Shown here piece by piece: positions 12,236-23,108 of a stretch of DNA of 64,000 nucleotides. The stretch is from Thermodesulfobacteriota bacterium. GTDB lineage: Bacteria > Desulfobacterota_D > UBA1144 > Nemesobacterales > UBA2774. Where the stretch lies: positions 1,344,001 to 1,408,000 of the forward strand of contig OZ244991.1 in assembly GCA_965223335.1 (NCBI GenBank). Direction: 5' to 3'. The first letter of the stretch is position 1. Each line of letters opens with the position of its first letter. A program made the position numbers and the translations under genes. The notes beneath the pieces were generated by a model. The model saw nothing but the letters and a program-made list of their open reading frames with translations. It did no database searches and was not told the DNA's origin.

Positions 12236-12487
12236 TTGGCGGACGGAATTCAACTAAAAGTAATCACACCGACTGAGCTTGTCATAGACGACGTTGTTGA
12301 CGAGGTCGTAGCCCCGGGTGAGTTGGGTGAATTTGGTGTACTCCCGGGCCATGTGCCTTTTATCACTATCCTTACCTCTGGTGAGTTACGGTACCGAAAG
12401 GGCGGGGCCGAGGAAAAAATCACCATCCAGGGCGGGCTTGCCGATGTAAGGAATGACACCGTAAACATTCTGACAGATAGTATATAG
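12236..12487 (+). CDS. atpC: ATP synthase F1 subunit epsilon (short, beta-sandwich only)
   Basis: LKVITP and GEFGVLPGHVPFIT; TTG start after AGGAGG; 83 aa. Confidence 0.93.
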   Translation: MADGIQLKVITPTELVIDDVVDEVVAPGELGEFGVLPGHVPFITILTSGELRYRKGGAEEKITIQGGLADVRNDTVNILTDSI

Positions 12488-12598
12488 AGTCACTCAGTTG
12501 TAATACTCCCTACCCCCTGAAATTTGTTATTTCATTTAATTAACGCTTTGTGTAAACTTGTATTGATTTCCTAGATCCAAAAACTGCGGGGTGCAGAT

Positions 12599-13396
12599 AT
12601 GGCTTTAGCAGATCCGGTTACAGAAGATATTATTCTTAGGTCCGATCGAGACGGCATTGCCGATCTTACGATTAATAGACCCAAAGCCTATAACTCTCTC
12701 TCTATAGCCTGTATGGAGGCACTAATAAGTGAATTTGATAGGATTGCCAAAGACAACTCTGTAAGGGTCGTGATCCTTTCAGGCGCTGGGAAGGGGTTTT
12801 GTGCGGGGCACGATCTAAAGGAGATGAGGAGCAACCCTGACAAATTGTTTTATGAACAGACCTTTAGCACCTGTTCAAAGATGATGCTGTCCATTATCAA
12901 CTGTCCAAAGCCGGTAATAGCCAAGGTACACGGGGTGGCTACGGCAGCGGGTTGTCAGCTGGTTGCAACATGTGACTTGGCAGTGGCGGACGAGGGGGCT
13001 AGATTTGCTACTCCGGGTGTAAACATTGGGCTATTTTGCTCGACTCCTATGGTGGCAGTGTTTAGAAACGTTGCAATCAAGCACGCTATGGAGATGCTGC
13101 TTACAGGCGACCTTATCCCTGCCCAAAGAGCTTACGAGATAGGGCTAGTGAATAGAGTTGCAAAGCCGGGGGAGCTGGATCTGGTAGCTAGGGAGCTTGC
13201 GGAAAAAATAGCGAGCAAATCCGACCTCACACTCATGATTGGGAAAAAGGCGTTTTATGAGCAGGTCGATAAAGACATGATTACAGCATATGAGTACTGT
13301 AGCAGGGTCATGGTCGATAACATGATGGCAAAAGACGCCGAGGAAGGAATCGATGCGTTTTTAGAAAAACGTGAGCCAGTGTGGAAGGGAGAGTGA
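12599..13396 (+). CDS. Enoyl-CoA hydratase/isomerase family protein (ECHDC3-like)
   Basis: FCAGHDLKEM, ATAAGCQLVATCDL and TPGVNIGLFCSTP. Confidence 0.92.
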   Translation: MALADPVTEDIILRSDRDGIADLTINRPKAYNSLSIACMEALISEFDRIAKDNSVRVVILSGAGKGFCAGHDLKEMRSNPDKLFYEQTFSTCSKMMLSIINCPKPVIAKVHGVATAAGCQLVATCDLAVADEGARFATPGVNIGLFCSTPMVAVFRNVAIKHAMEMLLTGDLIPAQRAYEIGLVNRVAKPGELDLVARELAEKIASKSDLTLMIGKKAFYEQVDKDMITAYEYCSRVMVDNMMAKDAEEGIDAFLEKREPVWKGE

Positions 13397-13611
13397 AAAT
13401 TCTGCAGTTTTAGAGTCTTAACATAAAATAAGTGGCATCTTATTCTCAACTTTAAATTTTCCTACTTTACTAACTTATATCACTCAGATATTTACATCTA
13501 TACTAATTGATGGCATTCAAAGTGCCTTTGTGACAGGGATTTTACTCGATTGCTTTTGAACAATCGTGCGTTATAATTCAATCATTCTCACATTAATTAA
13601 GGAGTTTGTTT

Positions 13612-14211
13612 ATGTCATCATTGTTAGAGTTGCTAACTGATCAATTAAACGATCAAAATCTTGGTAGAATGAGTAAAAGAATCGGAGCGGGCGAGGGCCA
13701 AACCGAGCGTGCGGTCTCTTTTGCACTACCCGTGCTTATTGAGGCGCTCGCCAGAAACGCCTCTACGAGTGAGGGGGCCAATTCATTGTCGCGTGCACTC
13801 GCAGAGGATCACGACGGCAGTGTGCTGGACAACATTACGGATATTATCGATACCCCTGAGAATGGGCCAGGGGACGGGATACTACGACATATGTTTGGGT
13901 CCCGGAGAACTAGGGTTGAGAACGGGCTTAGTCAGACGAGCGGACTCGATATAGGACAGATAAGCAAGATACTGATCACTCTTGCTCCTATAGTTATGGG
14001 GGCACTGGGGAAGGCTAAGAGACAACAGAATCTAGATGATGTTTCAATCACGGATTACTTGGGCAAAGAGAAAAGGAATCTTGAGCAGGAAAACCCCAAT
14101 GGCATGAATATATTGGGAGCGCTTTTCGACACAGACGGTGATGGTGATGTTGATATAAGTGATATTGCAAAGCACGGGATCAGCATACTGGGTAAATATA
14201 TGAGACGCTAG
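13612..14211 (+). CDS. DUF937-family protein
   Basis: ALAEDHDGSVLD, GILRHMFG and LAPIVMGALG; C-terminal DTDGDGD; RBS AAGGAG. Confidence 0.8.
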   Translation: MSSLLELLTDQLNDQNLGRMSKRIGAGEGQTERAVSFALPVLIEALARNASTSEGANSLSRALAEDHDGSVLDNITDIIDTPENGPGDGILRHMFGSRRTRVENGLSQTSGLDIGQISKILITLAPIVMGALGKAKRQQNLDDVSITDYLGKEKRNLEQENPNGMNILGALFDTDGDGDVDISDIAKHGISILGKYMRR

Positions 14212-14289
14212 ACTGTGGCTCTAGTTTACAAACCAAATCAATACCTGTTGTAAATGATCGAAAACATTATCCATAGGAGGGATATACGA

Positions 14290-14745
14290 ATGGGATTGCT
14301 AGATTTTGTCAAAGAAGCAGGAGAGTTGTTGTTTGGCGGTAAAGAGGCAAGGGCAGAGACTAAACAAGAGACCGAGGAGGCGCTTGCCAAGCATGTAAGT
14401 GATCTGGGTTTGGATGTAGAGGGTCTTGAGGTTGAGTTTAATGACGGAGTAGCAGTGTTGCGCGGTAAGGTTAACTCACAAGAGGAGCGCGAGAAGATAG
14501 CCATAGCTGTTGGAAATATTAAGGGGGTCTCCCAGGTTGATGATCAACTCGAGGTTGATTCGCCGTCTGCAGAAGCGGCCCTATACACTGTGGTAAGCGG
14601 GGATACACTCTCTGCCATCTCTCAGAGACACTATGGGAATGCCAACAAATATATGGTGATATTCGAGGCCAACAAGCCGATGCTAAAAGACCCGGATAAG
14701 ATCTACCCAGGGCAGGTACTTCGCATCCCGTCTTTGGAAGCTTAG
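14290..14745 (+). CDS. BON-LysM protein (Kbp/YgaU-like)
   Basis: MGLLDFVKEAGE start, BON domain, then LysM (YTVVSGDTLSAIS...IFEANKPMLKDPDKIYPGQVLRIP); RBS AGGAGG. Confidence 0.92.
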   Translation: MGLLDFVKEAGELLFGGKEARAETKQETEEALAKHVSDLGLDVEGLEVEFNDGVAVLRGKVNSQEEREKIAIAVGNIKGVSQVDDQLEVDSPSAEAALYTVVSGDTLSAISQRHYGNANKYMVIFEANKPMLKDPDKIYPGQVLRIPSLEA

Positions 14746-14771
14746 TAAACACTCAACATTGAATATATAAG

Positions 14772-14813
14772 AGGCCCATAGATAAATTTCAATCTCTATG
14801 GGCCTTCTCATTT
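14772..14813 (+). terminator. Intrinsic terminator-like hairpin after the LysM gene
   Basis: 11-bp stem AGGCCCATAGA / TCTATGGGCCT, then TCTCATTT. Confidence 0.65.
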
Positions 14814-15040
14814 AAGTTCTTTCTTAAACATTAATCCATCTAGTTTGTGTGCGATTCTATATAATTAGTACCACCCTTTCACATATATATAGCTGATATT
14901 GACTTGTCTACGAGCTTAGATTCATACAGTCACGTATATGCATTTATATATATATCTAGTAACATATAGACCTATGGGATTGAGAAAGATAGTATATATA
15001 AATTTATTATTAACTTTAATTCCAATTTCGGGATTTTGAT

Positions 15041-15985
15041 ATGAGAGATGGTGTCGCTTCTAAGCTCTTTATATCATTGCTAATAACAGGTGTTGTGTGT
15101 ATTGTTGCCTCGGGTGGTATTGGTGTGTGGCTGGCTCTTAGGCTCACACAGGGTGAGACTCTTTTAGATCCTGAGTTTAAGAAGCATATATATTATTTAG
15201 CTGCGCATTTGGGAACATTTGGAATGTTATTTATAGCCGCATATTCTCTGCGCAGTAGAATTACAACTTATCTAAGACGTACAGATTTTAAAGTTGTCAC
15301 AGTCCATATATTAGTTGTGTTCGTAGCTCTGGATATCTTGATTGTTCTACTTCATATATTATCGCAGTATTTTGCCTTACCCGGAAACCAGTATTTTTAT
15401 TTGGATGAAGAATATAATTTGCCTAGTATTTATTCCGCGCTTCAGCTCATATTGGTTGGGGGGGCTGCATTTTATTGTAGTAGACTCAGGTCCGAGCGCT
15501 ATATCAAATTCTTTCCGGAAAAATATATTTGGATTTTTGTAGGGGTCATGCTATTTGCATTGGGCGTAGATGAGTTCGTTACATGGCACGAGGGTACGAA
15601 TTTAATTCAAAGTATTGGACTTATGAGTCCTGACTCTGATCCGAGACTGGGTGGTTATGGCTATGATTGGACACTGGGGGCGTTATTGCTGGTTATTGTG
15701 TTTGGTTTGCCCGGATTGTTTTTATTTAAGAAGGTTTTTCGCGATTATCCTCACCTTTTATATCTTTTGATTTTGTCGAGTGTCCTATTTGTTCTTGGTG
15801 CAGTGGGATTTGAAAACCTTCAGGTTTATCGCAAGTCATTCCAGTCGGTTAAGGTGGCTCCTGTTCTGCTAATACTAGAGGAATTTTTAGAGATGTTGGG
15901 AGTTACTTTGGCCTTGTTTGTAATACTTAGGTACTCGGCATTGGTAGGTGGTGAATCGAACCTGGTGAATGAAACGGGTGGTTAG
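15041..15985 (+). CDS. Uncharacterised polytopic membrane protein
   Basis: About 8-9 hydrophobic segments; LDEEYNLPSIYS, GVDEFVTWHE and LEEFLEMLG motifs; visibly AT-richer than its neighbours. Confidence 0.75.
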   Translation: MRDGVASKLFISLLITGVVCIVASGGIGVWLALRLTQGETLLDPEFKKHIYYLAAHLGTFGMLFIAAYSLRSRITTYLRRTDFKVVTVHILVVFVALDILIVLLHILSQYFALPGNQYFYLDEEYNLPSIYSALQLILVGGAAFYCSRLRSERYIKFFPEKYIWIFVGVMLFALGVDEFVTWHEGTNLIQSIGLMSPDSDPRLGGYGYDWTLGALLLVIVFGLPGLFLFKKVFRDYPHLLYLLILSSVLFVLGAVGFENLQVYRKSFQSVKVAPVLLILEEFLEMLGVTLALFVILRYSALVGGESNLVNETGG

Positions 15986-17302
15986 CTAGCCGTTCATCAT
16001 ATCGAAAAACTCTTGGTTGGTCTTGGTCCCGCTCATCTTGTCTAGCAGAAATTCCATGGCCTCTATCGTGTTCATAGGACTTAGAACCTTGCGGAGTAAC
16101 CAGACTTTGTTTAGAACTTCCTCGGTGAGCAGGAGCTCTTCTTTCCTTGTACCCGAGCGCTGTAAGTCAAGTGCCGGGAACACTCTCTTGTCGGCAAGCC
16201 TGCGGTCCAGATAGGCTTCCATGTTGCCCGTGCCTTTAAACTCCTCGAAGATCACCTCGTCCATCCTGCTGCCTGTATCAATAAGAGCGGTAGCTATGAT
16301 AGTAAGACTGCCTCCCTCTTCGGTGTTACGGGCAGCCCCGAAAAACCTCTTTGGACGCTGCAGCGCGTTTGCTTCCATACCACCTGAGAGCACCCTGCCG
16401 CTTGCAGGTGTGACGGTGTTGGAAGCCCTGGCAAGACGCGTGAGGCTGTCCAACAAAATCACGACATCCTTTCCATGCTCCACAAGTCGTTTTGCTTTTT
16501 CGAGCACCATATCGGCAACCTGTATGTGGCGCTGCGCAGGCTCGTCAAAGGTCGAGCTTACAACCTCGCCTTTAACAGATCGATCCATATCGGTTACTTC
16601 TTCCGGTCTTTCGTCAATAAGCAAAACGATTAATGAAACGTCGGGGTGATTGTCTGTGATTGCGTTTGCAATTCGCTGTAAAAGGATGGTTTTACCCGTC
16701 CTCGGGGGCGCCACAATAAGGCCCCTCTGCCCCATGCCTATGGGGATAAATAGGTCCATCACACGTGTGCAGAACTCTTCTTTGTCGTATTCCAGGTTTA
16801 TTCTCTCTTCAGGATGAAGGGGGACTCGGTTCTCAAATGATATCCTATCCCTGCAGCTTTCGGGGGATTCGTAGTTTACTTCCTCTATTTTTAAGAGAGC
16901 CAGGTTTTTCTCGCCCTCTCTAGGTAGCCGTACTTGGCCCCCTACTGTGTCGCCGGTCTTTAGGTTAAATGACCTTATCTGTGATTTTGATACGTAGATA
17001 TCGTCAGGGCCGGGCAGGTAGCTGTATTTCGGTGACCTTAAAAACCCATATCCCTCTGACAGAATTTCGAGCACTCCTTCGGCAAATATACTGCCCTCTT
17101 TCTCGCTCTGTGCTTTTAGAATGGCATAGATGAGATCCTGCTTTGTCATTCTGGCAGTTTCTTCGATCTCAAGCTCTCTTGCCATCTTCATTATTTCTGC
17201 GCTTTTTCTGTTTCTTAATTCATTGAGGTTCAACAATTGAGATCTGTCCTCTACATATTGCTTGTCCTCAGGTTTTTCCCGTAGTTTAGTAGCTCTTGCC
17301 AT
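15986..17302 (-). CDS. rho: Transcription termination factor Rho
   Basis: [34 protein letters not shown] and [11 protein letters not shown]. Confidence 0.99.
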   Translation of the reverse strand: MARATKLREKPEDKQYVEDRSQLLNLNELRNRKSAEIMKMARELEIEETARMTKQDLIYAILKAQSEKEGSIFAEGVLEILSEGYGFLRSPKYSYLPGPDDIYVSKSQIRSFNLKTGDTVGGQVRLPREGEKNLALLKIEEVNYESPESCRDRISFENRVPLHPEERINLEYDKEEFCTRVMDLFIPIGMGQRGLIVAPPRTGKTILLQRIANAITDNHPDVSLIVLLIDERPEEVTDMDRSVKGEVVSSTFDEPAQRHIQVADMVLEKAKRLVEHGKDVVILLDSLTRLARASNTVTPASGRVLSGGMEANALQRPKRFFGAARNTEEGGSLTIIATALIDTGSRMDEVIFEEFKGTGNMEAYLDRRLADKRVFPALDLQRSGTRKEELLLTEEVLNKVWLLRKVLSPMNTIEAMEFLLDKMSGTKTNQEFFDMMNG

Positions 17303-17590
17303 AAATGTGGTATCCCCGGCTCATTGGTTTGGACTAAAAAAAATCGATAATCGAGATTAAGGAATTGAATGACGGTTTCTTTTAGGTTGTGACAAAATAT
17401 TTATAGACAACTATATTATGTATCTTAATTGAGGATTTTGTCAAGTATTATTTTTCGGTAATAATATGAAATAAAACACCTTTACAACCTAATCACAAAT
17501 CATCCAAGTATCGGTTATTAGTGTGTATTAACAATAAAATTATGTATGATTTGCTGAAAATGTCAAAAAACTGGAGAGAAGAGGTAACGT

Positions 17591-18580
17591 ATGAGAAACA
17601 GTAGATACACAACAGGCAAAATAGCACGTTTTGCGCTTTATTTGGTATTCGGATTATTGGCAATTAACGGTTATACATATGTCCGGGCATCAGGTGTGAC
17701 GGGGGAATCAAGAGATAATACTTCGGACAATGCCGCTACATTTATAGGAGATCTTATGGTTGCACAGGCCACTGGGGCCCCACCTACGTATACAGAGATT
17801 AACTTTACATCGCTTGGGGGCGAGATATTCATTAATCCTAGGTTCGTGGGCAAGATAAATGCCGTGAGGACAACCAATAGGGCTGGGGTAATGGGAGAAC
17901 GGATCGATGTGGATGTGCGCACGCTCACCGACGGTTGGAAGAGGTTCGAACTGCCCCCCTCAGAGCAGGGAGCAAGCGGTGTTATTATCTCGGGGGATGC
18001 CGGTATTATTAAAATTTCGACTCTAAGCAGTCCCAGCTCTCCTGATGCCGGGGGGATTACCCCTACCGGTGAGCTTTTGATTGAGTACGGCGGGTTGGTG
18101 ACCACTTTTTTAATACCCAGAGTATCTGTATTGGAGCCTAGCAAGTTTGAGGTAAGTCTGTTGAATTTTAATACGGACTCGCCGGTTTTGGGTCAAGTTA
18201 TAGCGCTTAAGGACGACCAGCTGGCAGCGGTGTTTGCGAATATATCAGGGGAGGTTGTGAATGACAAGGGGATGCTTAGAGTAAGCCTTAAAAACCCCAA
18301 CGGCAGCTACATAAACTCTGACCTGCCTGGGTGGGGATATAACATCATGGTCTCTGAGACCGACACGGGAAAACCGGCCGAGATTAAGGCCACTGTTTTT
18401 GGATTACCGTCAGAAGCGAGTGTGGTTTTTAACTTTAGCCCCCTCTCGGGTCAGATATTTGAGCCCGAGCGTGTAAAGATGAGTGTCACGGATATAAACA
18501 GCGGCAAAACAGTGTCTACAATAACTACGACAATCCCCGGTGCCCAGCCCCTAAGCGTCACAGCCGAGAGGGCTCAGTGA
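17591..18580 (+). CDS. Hypothetical exported beta-rich protein
   Basis: 329-aa ORF with RBS GAGGT and an N-terminal signal or TM segment; no family recognised. Confidence 0.7.
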   Translation: MRNSRYTTGKIARFALYLVFGLLAINGYTYVRASGVTGESRDNTSDNAATFIGDLMVAQATGAPPTYTEINFTSLGGEIFINPRFVGKINAVRTTNRAGVMGERIDVDVRTLTDGWKRFELPPSEQGASGVIISGDAGIIKISTLSSPSSPDAGGITPTGELLIEYGGLVTTFLIPRVSVLEPSKFEVSLLNFNTDSPVLGQVIALKDDQLAAVFANISGEVVNDKGMLRVSLKNPNGSYINSDLPGWGYNIMVSETDTGKPAEIKATVFGLPSEASVVFNFSPLSGQIFEPERVKMSVTDINSGKTVSTITTTIPGAQPLSVTAERAQ

Positions 18581-18695
18581 CCGGTTAATAGCTGTGATAA
18601 GGTCTTGCTAATTATCGGCTAATGTTTTAGAATTTTTAATATATATAAGCCTTAATGCTACTTAGATTTAATCTTGTGTGTGAGGTGAAGTAATC

Positions 18696-19442
18696 ATGGC
18701 TGGACATTCAAAATGGGCAAATATAAAACATAGAAAAGCGGCTGTAGATGCCAAGCGGGGCAAGGTATTTACCAAACTCATAAGGGAGCTTACGGTTGCG
18801 GCCAAGCGGGGTGGGGGCGACCCTGAATCTAACCCGCGTCTAAGAACTGCGATCTCGGCTGCAAAGAACAGCAACATGCCCAACGATACCATTGACCGTG
18901 CCGTCAAACGCGGTACAGGCGAGCTCGGGGGCGATGAGCTCCAAGAGCTCTCGTACGAGGGGTACGGCCCGGGCGGCAGTGCGGTACTCATACAAGCTGT
19001 GACGGACAATAAGAACAGGACCGTGTCGGATATACGCAGAATTTTTACAAAATACGGCGGTAACCTGGGTGAGAATGGCTGTGTGGCCTGGATGTTTGAT
19101 ATGAAGGGCAGGATTGCGATAGACAAGGAAACGGTTGATGAAGATGAGCTGTTTGAGATCTGCATCGATGCGGGTGCGGATGACATAATGACCGAGGACA
19201 GCGAATTGGTTGTTGTCACACCGACCGACTCGTACGAGGATGTAAAGAGTGCGCTTGAGAATGCAGGTATCAAATATGATTCGGCTGAAGTAACCATGAT
19301 ACCTCAGAACAATGTAAAGATTGAGGGTAAGCAGGCCGAGCATATGATAAGGCTTATGGAAGCGTTGGAGGACAGTGATGACGTACAGAACGTGTACTCC
19401 AACTTTGATATACCTGAAGAGCTGATCGAAAGCATGGTATGA
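18696..19442 (+). CDS. yebC: YebC/PmpR family protein
   Basis: [22 protein letters not shown] and DDVQNVYSN. Confidence 0.97.
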   Translation: MAGHSKWANIKHRKAAVDAKRGKVFTKLIRELTVAAKRGGGDPESNPRLRTAISAAKNSNMPNDTIDRAVKRGTGELGGDELQELSYEGYGPGGSAVLIQAVTDNKNRTVSDIRRIFTKYGGNLGENGCVAWMFDMKGRIAIDKETVDEDELFEICIDAGADDIMTEDSELVVVTPTDSYEDVKSALENAGIKYDSAEVTMIPQNNVKIEGKQAEHMIRLMEALEDSDDVQNVYSNFDIPEELIESMV

Positions 19443-19452
19443 TAAAAACTAT

Positions 19453-20001
19453 ATGAGGGTTATTGGAATTGACCCGGGCTCTCGAGTTTGCGGTTATGGT
19501 GTGCTGGAACTTCGGGGTTCTGAAATATCTCATCTGAAAAGCGGTTGCATCAAGACTAGCAAGCAAAACCCGCTATCGCTTAAACTTAAAACCATCTATA
19601 ACGGCTTAGTCGGCGTTATGCAGGATTACTCGCCCGATGTAATGTCTATAGAGGACATATTCTTTGCTAAAAACGCCAAGAGCGCCCTTAAATTGGGTGA
19701 GGCGAGGGGGGTGGCAATCCTGGCAGCTTCCAACACCAATATCCCTGTGTTCGAATATGCTCCTACGACGGTTAAACTGGCGCTCACAGGCAGGGGTAGG
19801 GCCAATAAACTCGAGGTTAAGCAGATGATCACGCGAATGCTGGGTGTATCGGAGTGGGAGACCGAAGACGTTTCGGATGCCGTGGCTATAGCACTCTGCC
19901 ATCTTAGTGTGTCTAGGGTGGAGAAAGAACTCGGTCCTCAGTTTGTAAAAACTCGAAAAAGGAGACGTTTTAAGCTAAATGATCTCCCTCCTACGGGGTA
20001 A
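19453..20001 (+). CDS. ruvC: Holliday junction resolvase
   Basis: IGIDPGS, LGEARGV and DVSDAVAIALCH. Confidence 0.96.
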   Translation: MRVIGIDPGSRVCGYGVLELRGSEISHLKSGCIKTSKQNPLSLKLKTIYNGLVGVMQDYSPDVMSIEDIFFAKNAKSALKLGEARGVAILAASNTNIPVFEYAPTTVKLALTGRGRANKLEVKQMITRMLGVSEWETEDVSDAVAIALCHLSVSRVEKELGPQFVKTRKRRRFKLNDLPPTG

Positions 20002-20563
20002 TATTGTAGAGAAGGCTCTGGGGAAAGTTGTGATCGATGTGGGCGGAGTCGGGTATGATGTGACCGTGCCGCTCTCCACATACTACCGTCTGCCCGAGTT
20101 GGGCAAAGAGGCTGAGCTTAAGATCCACACGAGCATGAAGGACAGCTCCATTGAGCTCTTTGGTTTTCTCACAGAGGACGAAAAAGATATATTTAGTTTA
20201 CTTATCAGTGTGTCGGGGGTAGGGCCCAAGGGGGCTTCTAATATACTCTCGAACGTGACCCCGGGTGACCTTGTGGATGCTATTACACGAGAGGAGCTTG
20301 CAAAGAAAAAAATCCCCGGGATCGGCCCCAAGCTTGCATCCAGACTAACCAACGAGTTAAAGGATAAGGTAAAGTTGTTGGACGCCGCTTCGGAGTTGCC
20401 ACGGTCGGGCATCATAGAGGACATAGTGTCGGCACTAATTAACTTGGGGTACAAAAGAAGCGAAATCGATAAACATATTGGTGAGCTTGAAGAGATTACT
20501 AATAGCGGTGAGGATTTAGAGACGGCACTTAGAGAATCGCTTCGTGTCATGCGGAACAACTGA
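19979..20563 (+). CDS. ruvA: Holliday junction branch migration protein
   Basis: GGVGY, LISVSGVGPK, IPGIGPK and SALINLGY. Confidence 0.95.
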   Translation: MISLLRGNIVEKALGKVVIDVGGVGYDVTVPLSTYYRLPELGKEAELKIHTSMKDSSIELFGFLTEDEKDIFSLLISVSGVGPKGASNILSNVTPGDLVDAITREELAKKKIPGIGPKLASRLTNELKDKVKLLDAASELPRSGIIEDIVSALINLGYKRSEIDKHIGELEEITNSGEDLETALRESLRVMRNN

Positions 20564-20592
20564 ATTTGCAGTAATGAATTATAAGGTGAATA

Positions 20593-21618
20593 ATGGCCGA
20601 AAGACTCGTAAACCCCATGATCCAAGAGCCCGATGAGGGGACCAATGATACCAACCTTCGCCCCAAGCAGCTACGGGACTATATAGGGCAGACCAAGGTA
20701 AAAGAAAAGATCGGTATATTCATAGAAGCTGCCAAGGCTAGAAAGGAATCCCTCGACCATGTGCTCTTGTACGGGCCGCCCGGGCTTGGGAAAACCACAC
20801 TTGCCCATATCGTAGCTAATGAACTGGGTGTGGGTATATATTCCACATCGGGACCGGTGATAGAGCGAGTGGGGGATCTAGCGTCTATTTTGACCAACCT
20901 AGAGGAACGTGACGTTCTGTTTATAGACGAGATACACCGCCTAAACCGTGTGGTTGAAGAGTACCTGTACTCGGCTATGGAGGACTATAAGATCGATATA
21001 ATGATCGGAGAGGGCCCCACGGCCAAGTCGATGAAGGTAAGTGTAAAAAAGTTTACACTCGTCGGTGCTACTACCCGTACCGGTTTGCTTACCTCACCGC
21101 TACGGTCCAGGTTCGGTGTCGATCTGCGACTCGACTACTACACTTCGGACGAGATCCGTGGTATTGTCGAGCGCTCGGCAAAGATACTGGATGTTGATAT
21201 CAAGAAAGAGGGAGCGTTAGAGATATCCAGGCGCGCACGTGGGACGCCGAGAGTCGCCAATAGGCTCTTAAAACGGGTAAGGGACTATGCAGAGGTCAAG
21301 GCCGATGGTGTGATCAATTCGGATGTGGCCCGGGATGCACTCAAAATGCTCGAGATTGATACCCTGGGTCTAGACAATCTCGACAGAGCCATTCTACACA
21401 CCATAGTAGAAAAGTTTCAAGGCGGGCCAGTGGGCATCGATACTCTTGCCGCAGCTGTAAGCGAGGATAAAGAGACACTTGAGTTTGTGTACGAACCCTA
21501 TCTGCTGAGAGAGGGGCTCTTATCAAAAACACCCAGGGGTAGGACCGCCACCCAGCTTACATATTCACATCTCAATATAGAGATCCCCAGGTCTCAAAAA
21601 GGTCTATTCGACGGCTAA
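20593..21618 (+). CDS. ruvB: Holliday junction branch migration helicase
   Basis: [19 protein letters not shown] and RGTPR. Confidence 0.98.
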   Translation: MAERLVNPMIQEPDEGTNDTNLRPKQLRDYIGQTKVKEKIGIFIEAAKARKESLDHVLLYGPPGLGKTTLAHIVANELGVGIYSTSGPVIERVGDLASILTNLEERDVLFIDEIHRLNRVVEEYLYSAMEDYKIDIMIGEGPTAKSMKVSVKKFTLVGATTRTGLLTSPLRSRFGVDLRLDYYTSDEIRGIVERSAKILDVDIKKEGALEISRRARGTPRVANRLLKRVRDYAEVKADGVINSDVARDALKMLEIDTLGLDNLDRAILHTIVEKFQGGPVGIDTLAAAVSEDKETLEFVYEPYLLREGLLSKTPRGRTATQLTYSHLNIEIPRSQKGLFDG

Positions 21619-21622
21619 CGCG

Positions 21623-22075
21623 CTATTGCTTCTCTAAAGGGAGCTCTCGCATGAACTCATCCCAGTGGGCCTCTGTGATCTTATCTATCTCTTTTCGAGG
21701 GGTTTTGTACCCTTCGGCGTCGGGGAACAGTTTCTTGTACACATCGTCACGAACCTCAAGCCATTTGTCTATGGCCTCGTAGTTGGGAAATTTAACAACA
21801 GTCTTATATGTCCAAAGCGGTTTAGCGGTGTGTATGCGCTGCGAGTAGATCTTGTAGTCATCTATGATAATACCCCTGCGTTTCATCTCTTGCCAAAATG
21901 GGTAAAGGTTCTCTCTATAGACCTGCATGAACTTCTCTTTATTCTCAGGGGCGACTACATAAAAACTTTCTTCGATCACTGCCTTGTACCTGTTTTCATC
22001 GGCAAATGAGACCCCTCCATATATAGTCGTAAACGAGATGATTAATAGTATTAGATAAGTAAATATTCCGTTCAT
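21623..22075 (-). CDS. Hypothetical exported protein (possible dimeric alpha/beta-barrel fold)
   Basis: ATG at 22075 follows GGAGG; signal peptide ending VSFA; the fold is an inference. Confidence 0.7.
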   Translation of the reverse strand: MNGIFTYLILLIISFTTIYGGVSFADENRYKAVIEESFYVVAPENKEKFMQVYRENLYPFWQEMKRRGIIIDDYKIYSQRIHTAKPLWTYKTVVKFPNYEAIDKWLEVRDDVYKKLFPDAEGYKTPRKEIDKITEAHWDEFMRELPLEKQ

Positions 22076-22334
22076 GGCTGACCTCCGTTGATTTGATTGG
22101 GATTTTATGAACAGCATAATATAATAGCACTTAATAGCAGGAATTTTTAGCAAATTCCGCTTGAACAGAGAAATATAATCAATTGCACTATTAAATGATA
22201 TTTTGATTTGATTTTAGGCGCTAAGTATGTAAAACTTAAAGCATATTAGTAATAACAATTCTCTTTGCATGTGTCAGGCACATTGATTCCAGTATCAGTT
22301 ATAACCCAAAATACTTTTAACAAGGTTACCATAT

Positions 22335-23099
22335 ATGACTAATCTATTGTTGTACGCACTCCAGTCTGTGGGGGCAGTGACGGGGAACCAGGTAAAGGTG
22401 CTCGGGATAGTAAGCGAGGCCGGCCCTGTTGTAAAGCTAGTGCTCGTAGTACTGCTTGTTATGTCGGTGGTATCCTGGGCGATAATTTTTTCTAAATACC
22501 TGGTGCTGAGGACTGCATCTAAGCAGTCGGAGAAGTTTTTGGACCTCTACCAGACCAGCGGCAATTTCGGCAACTTGTATAACTCAACTAAGCATATCGG
22601 AGGGCCGTTGGCTGAGCTCTTTCGGGCGGGTTACTCAGAGGTTTTAAAAATAAGAAGGTCGAGGTCGGGGGGTGCTAAACAAGCTGATGAATCCGGGAAG
22701 GCAGGTGAAACTGTGATTGCGGAGTTGGGGGTTGTGGAGCTTGTGGAGCGTGCTCTAAAGAGGACAATGTCGTCCGAGGTATCACGCCTTGAGCGCTCGT
22801 TGATATTTCTTGCTACAACGGGCAGCACCGCACCCTTCATAGGGCTGTTTGGAACTGTCTGGGGTATAATGACCTCGTTTATAGGGCTTGCGGGCAGCGC
22901 GGGTGTGCCCACACTGCAGGCTGTGGCACCAGGGATTGCCGAGGCACTGATCGCAACCGCTATCGGACTCGTAGCAGCTATCCCGGCAGTGGTTGCATAT
23001 AACTATTTTATCAGTAGGGTAAAAAGGATAGATGTGGAGATGGATAACTTCGCATCAGAGTTTCTTAATATTGTAGAACGCTATATAAAGCAGGTTTAG
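22335..23099 (+). CDS. tolQ: TolQ (MotA/TolQ/ExbB family)
   Basis: LATTGSTAPFIGLFGTVWGIM and VAPGIAEALIATA. Confidence 0.93.
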   Translation: MTNLLLYALQSVGAVTGNQVKVLGIVSEAGPVVKLVLVVLLVMSVVSWAIIFSKYLVLRTASKQSEKFLDLYQTSGNFGNLYNSTKHIGGPLAELFRAGYSEVLKIRRSRSGGAKQADESGKAGETVIAELGVVELVERALKRTMSSEVSRLERSLIFLATTGSTAPFIGLFGTVWGIMTSFIGLAGSAGVPTLQAVAPGIAEALIATAIGLVAAIPAVVAYNYFISRVKRIDVEMDNFASEFLNIVERYIKQV

Positions 23100-23108
23100 G
23101 GCAACGCT

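Noticed and set aside
17390..17443. TGACAAAAT...ATTTTGTCA inverted repeat resembling the pilin upstream palindrome
   Set aside because: The arms are 36 bp apart and one arm coincides with the likely rho -35 box (TTGACA), so chance is plausible
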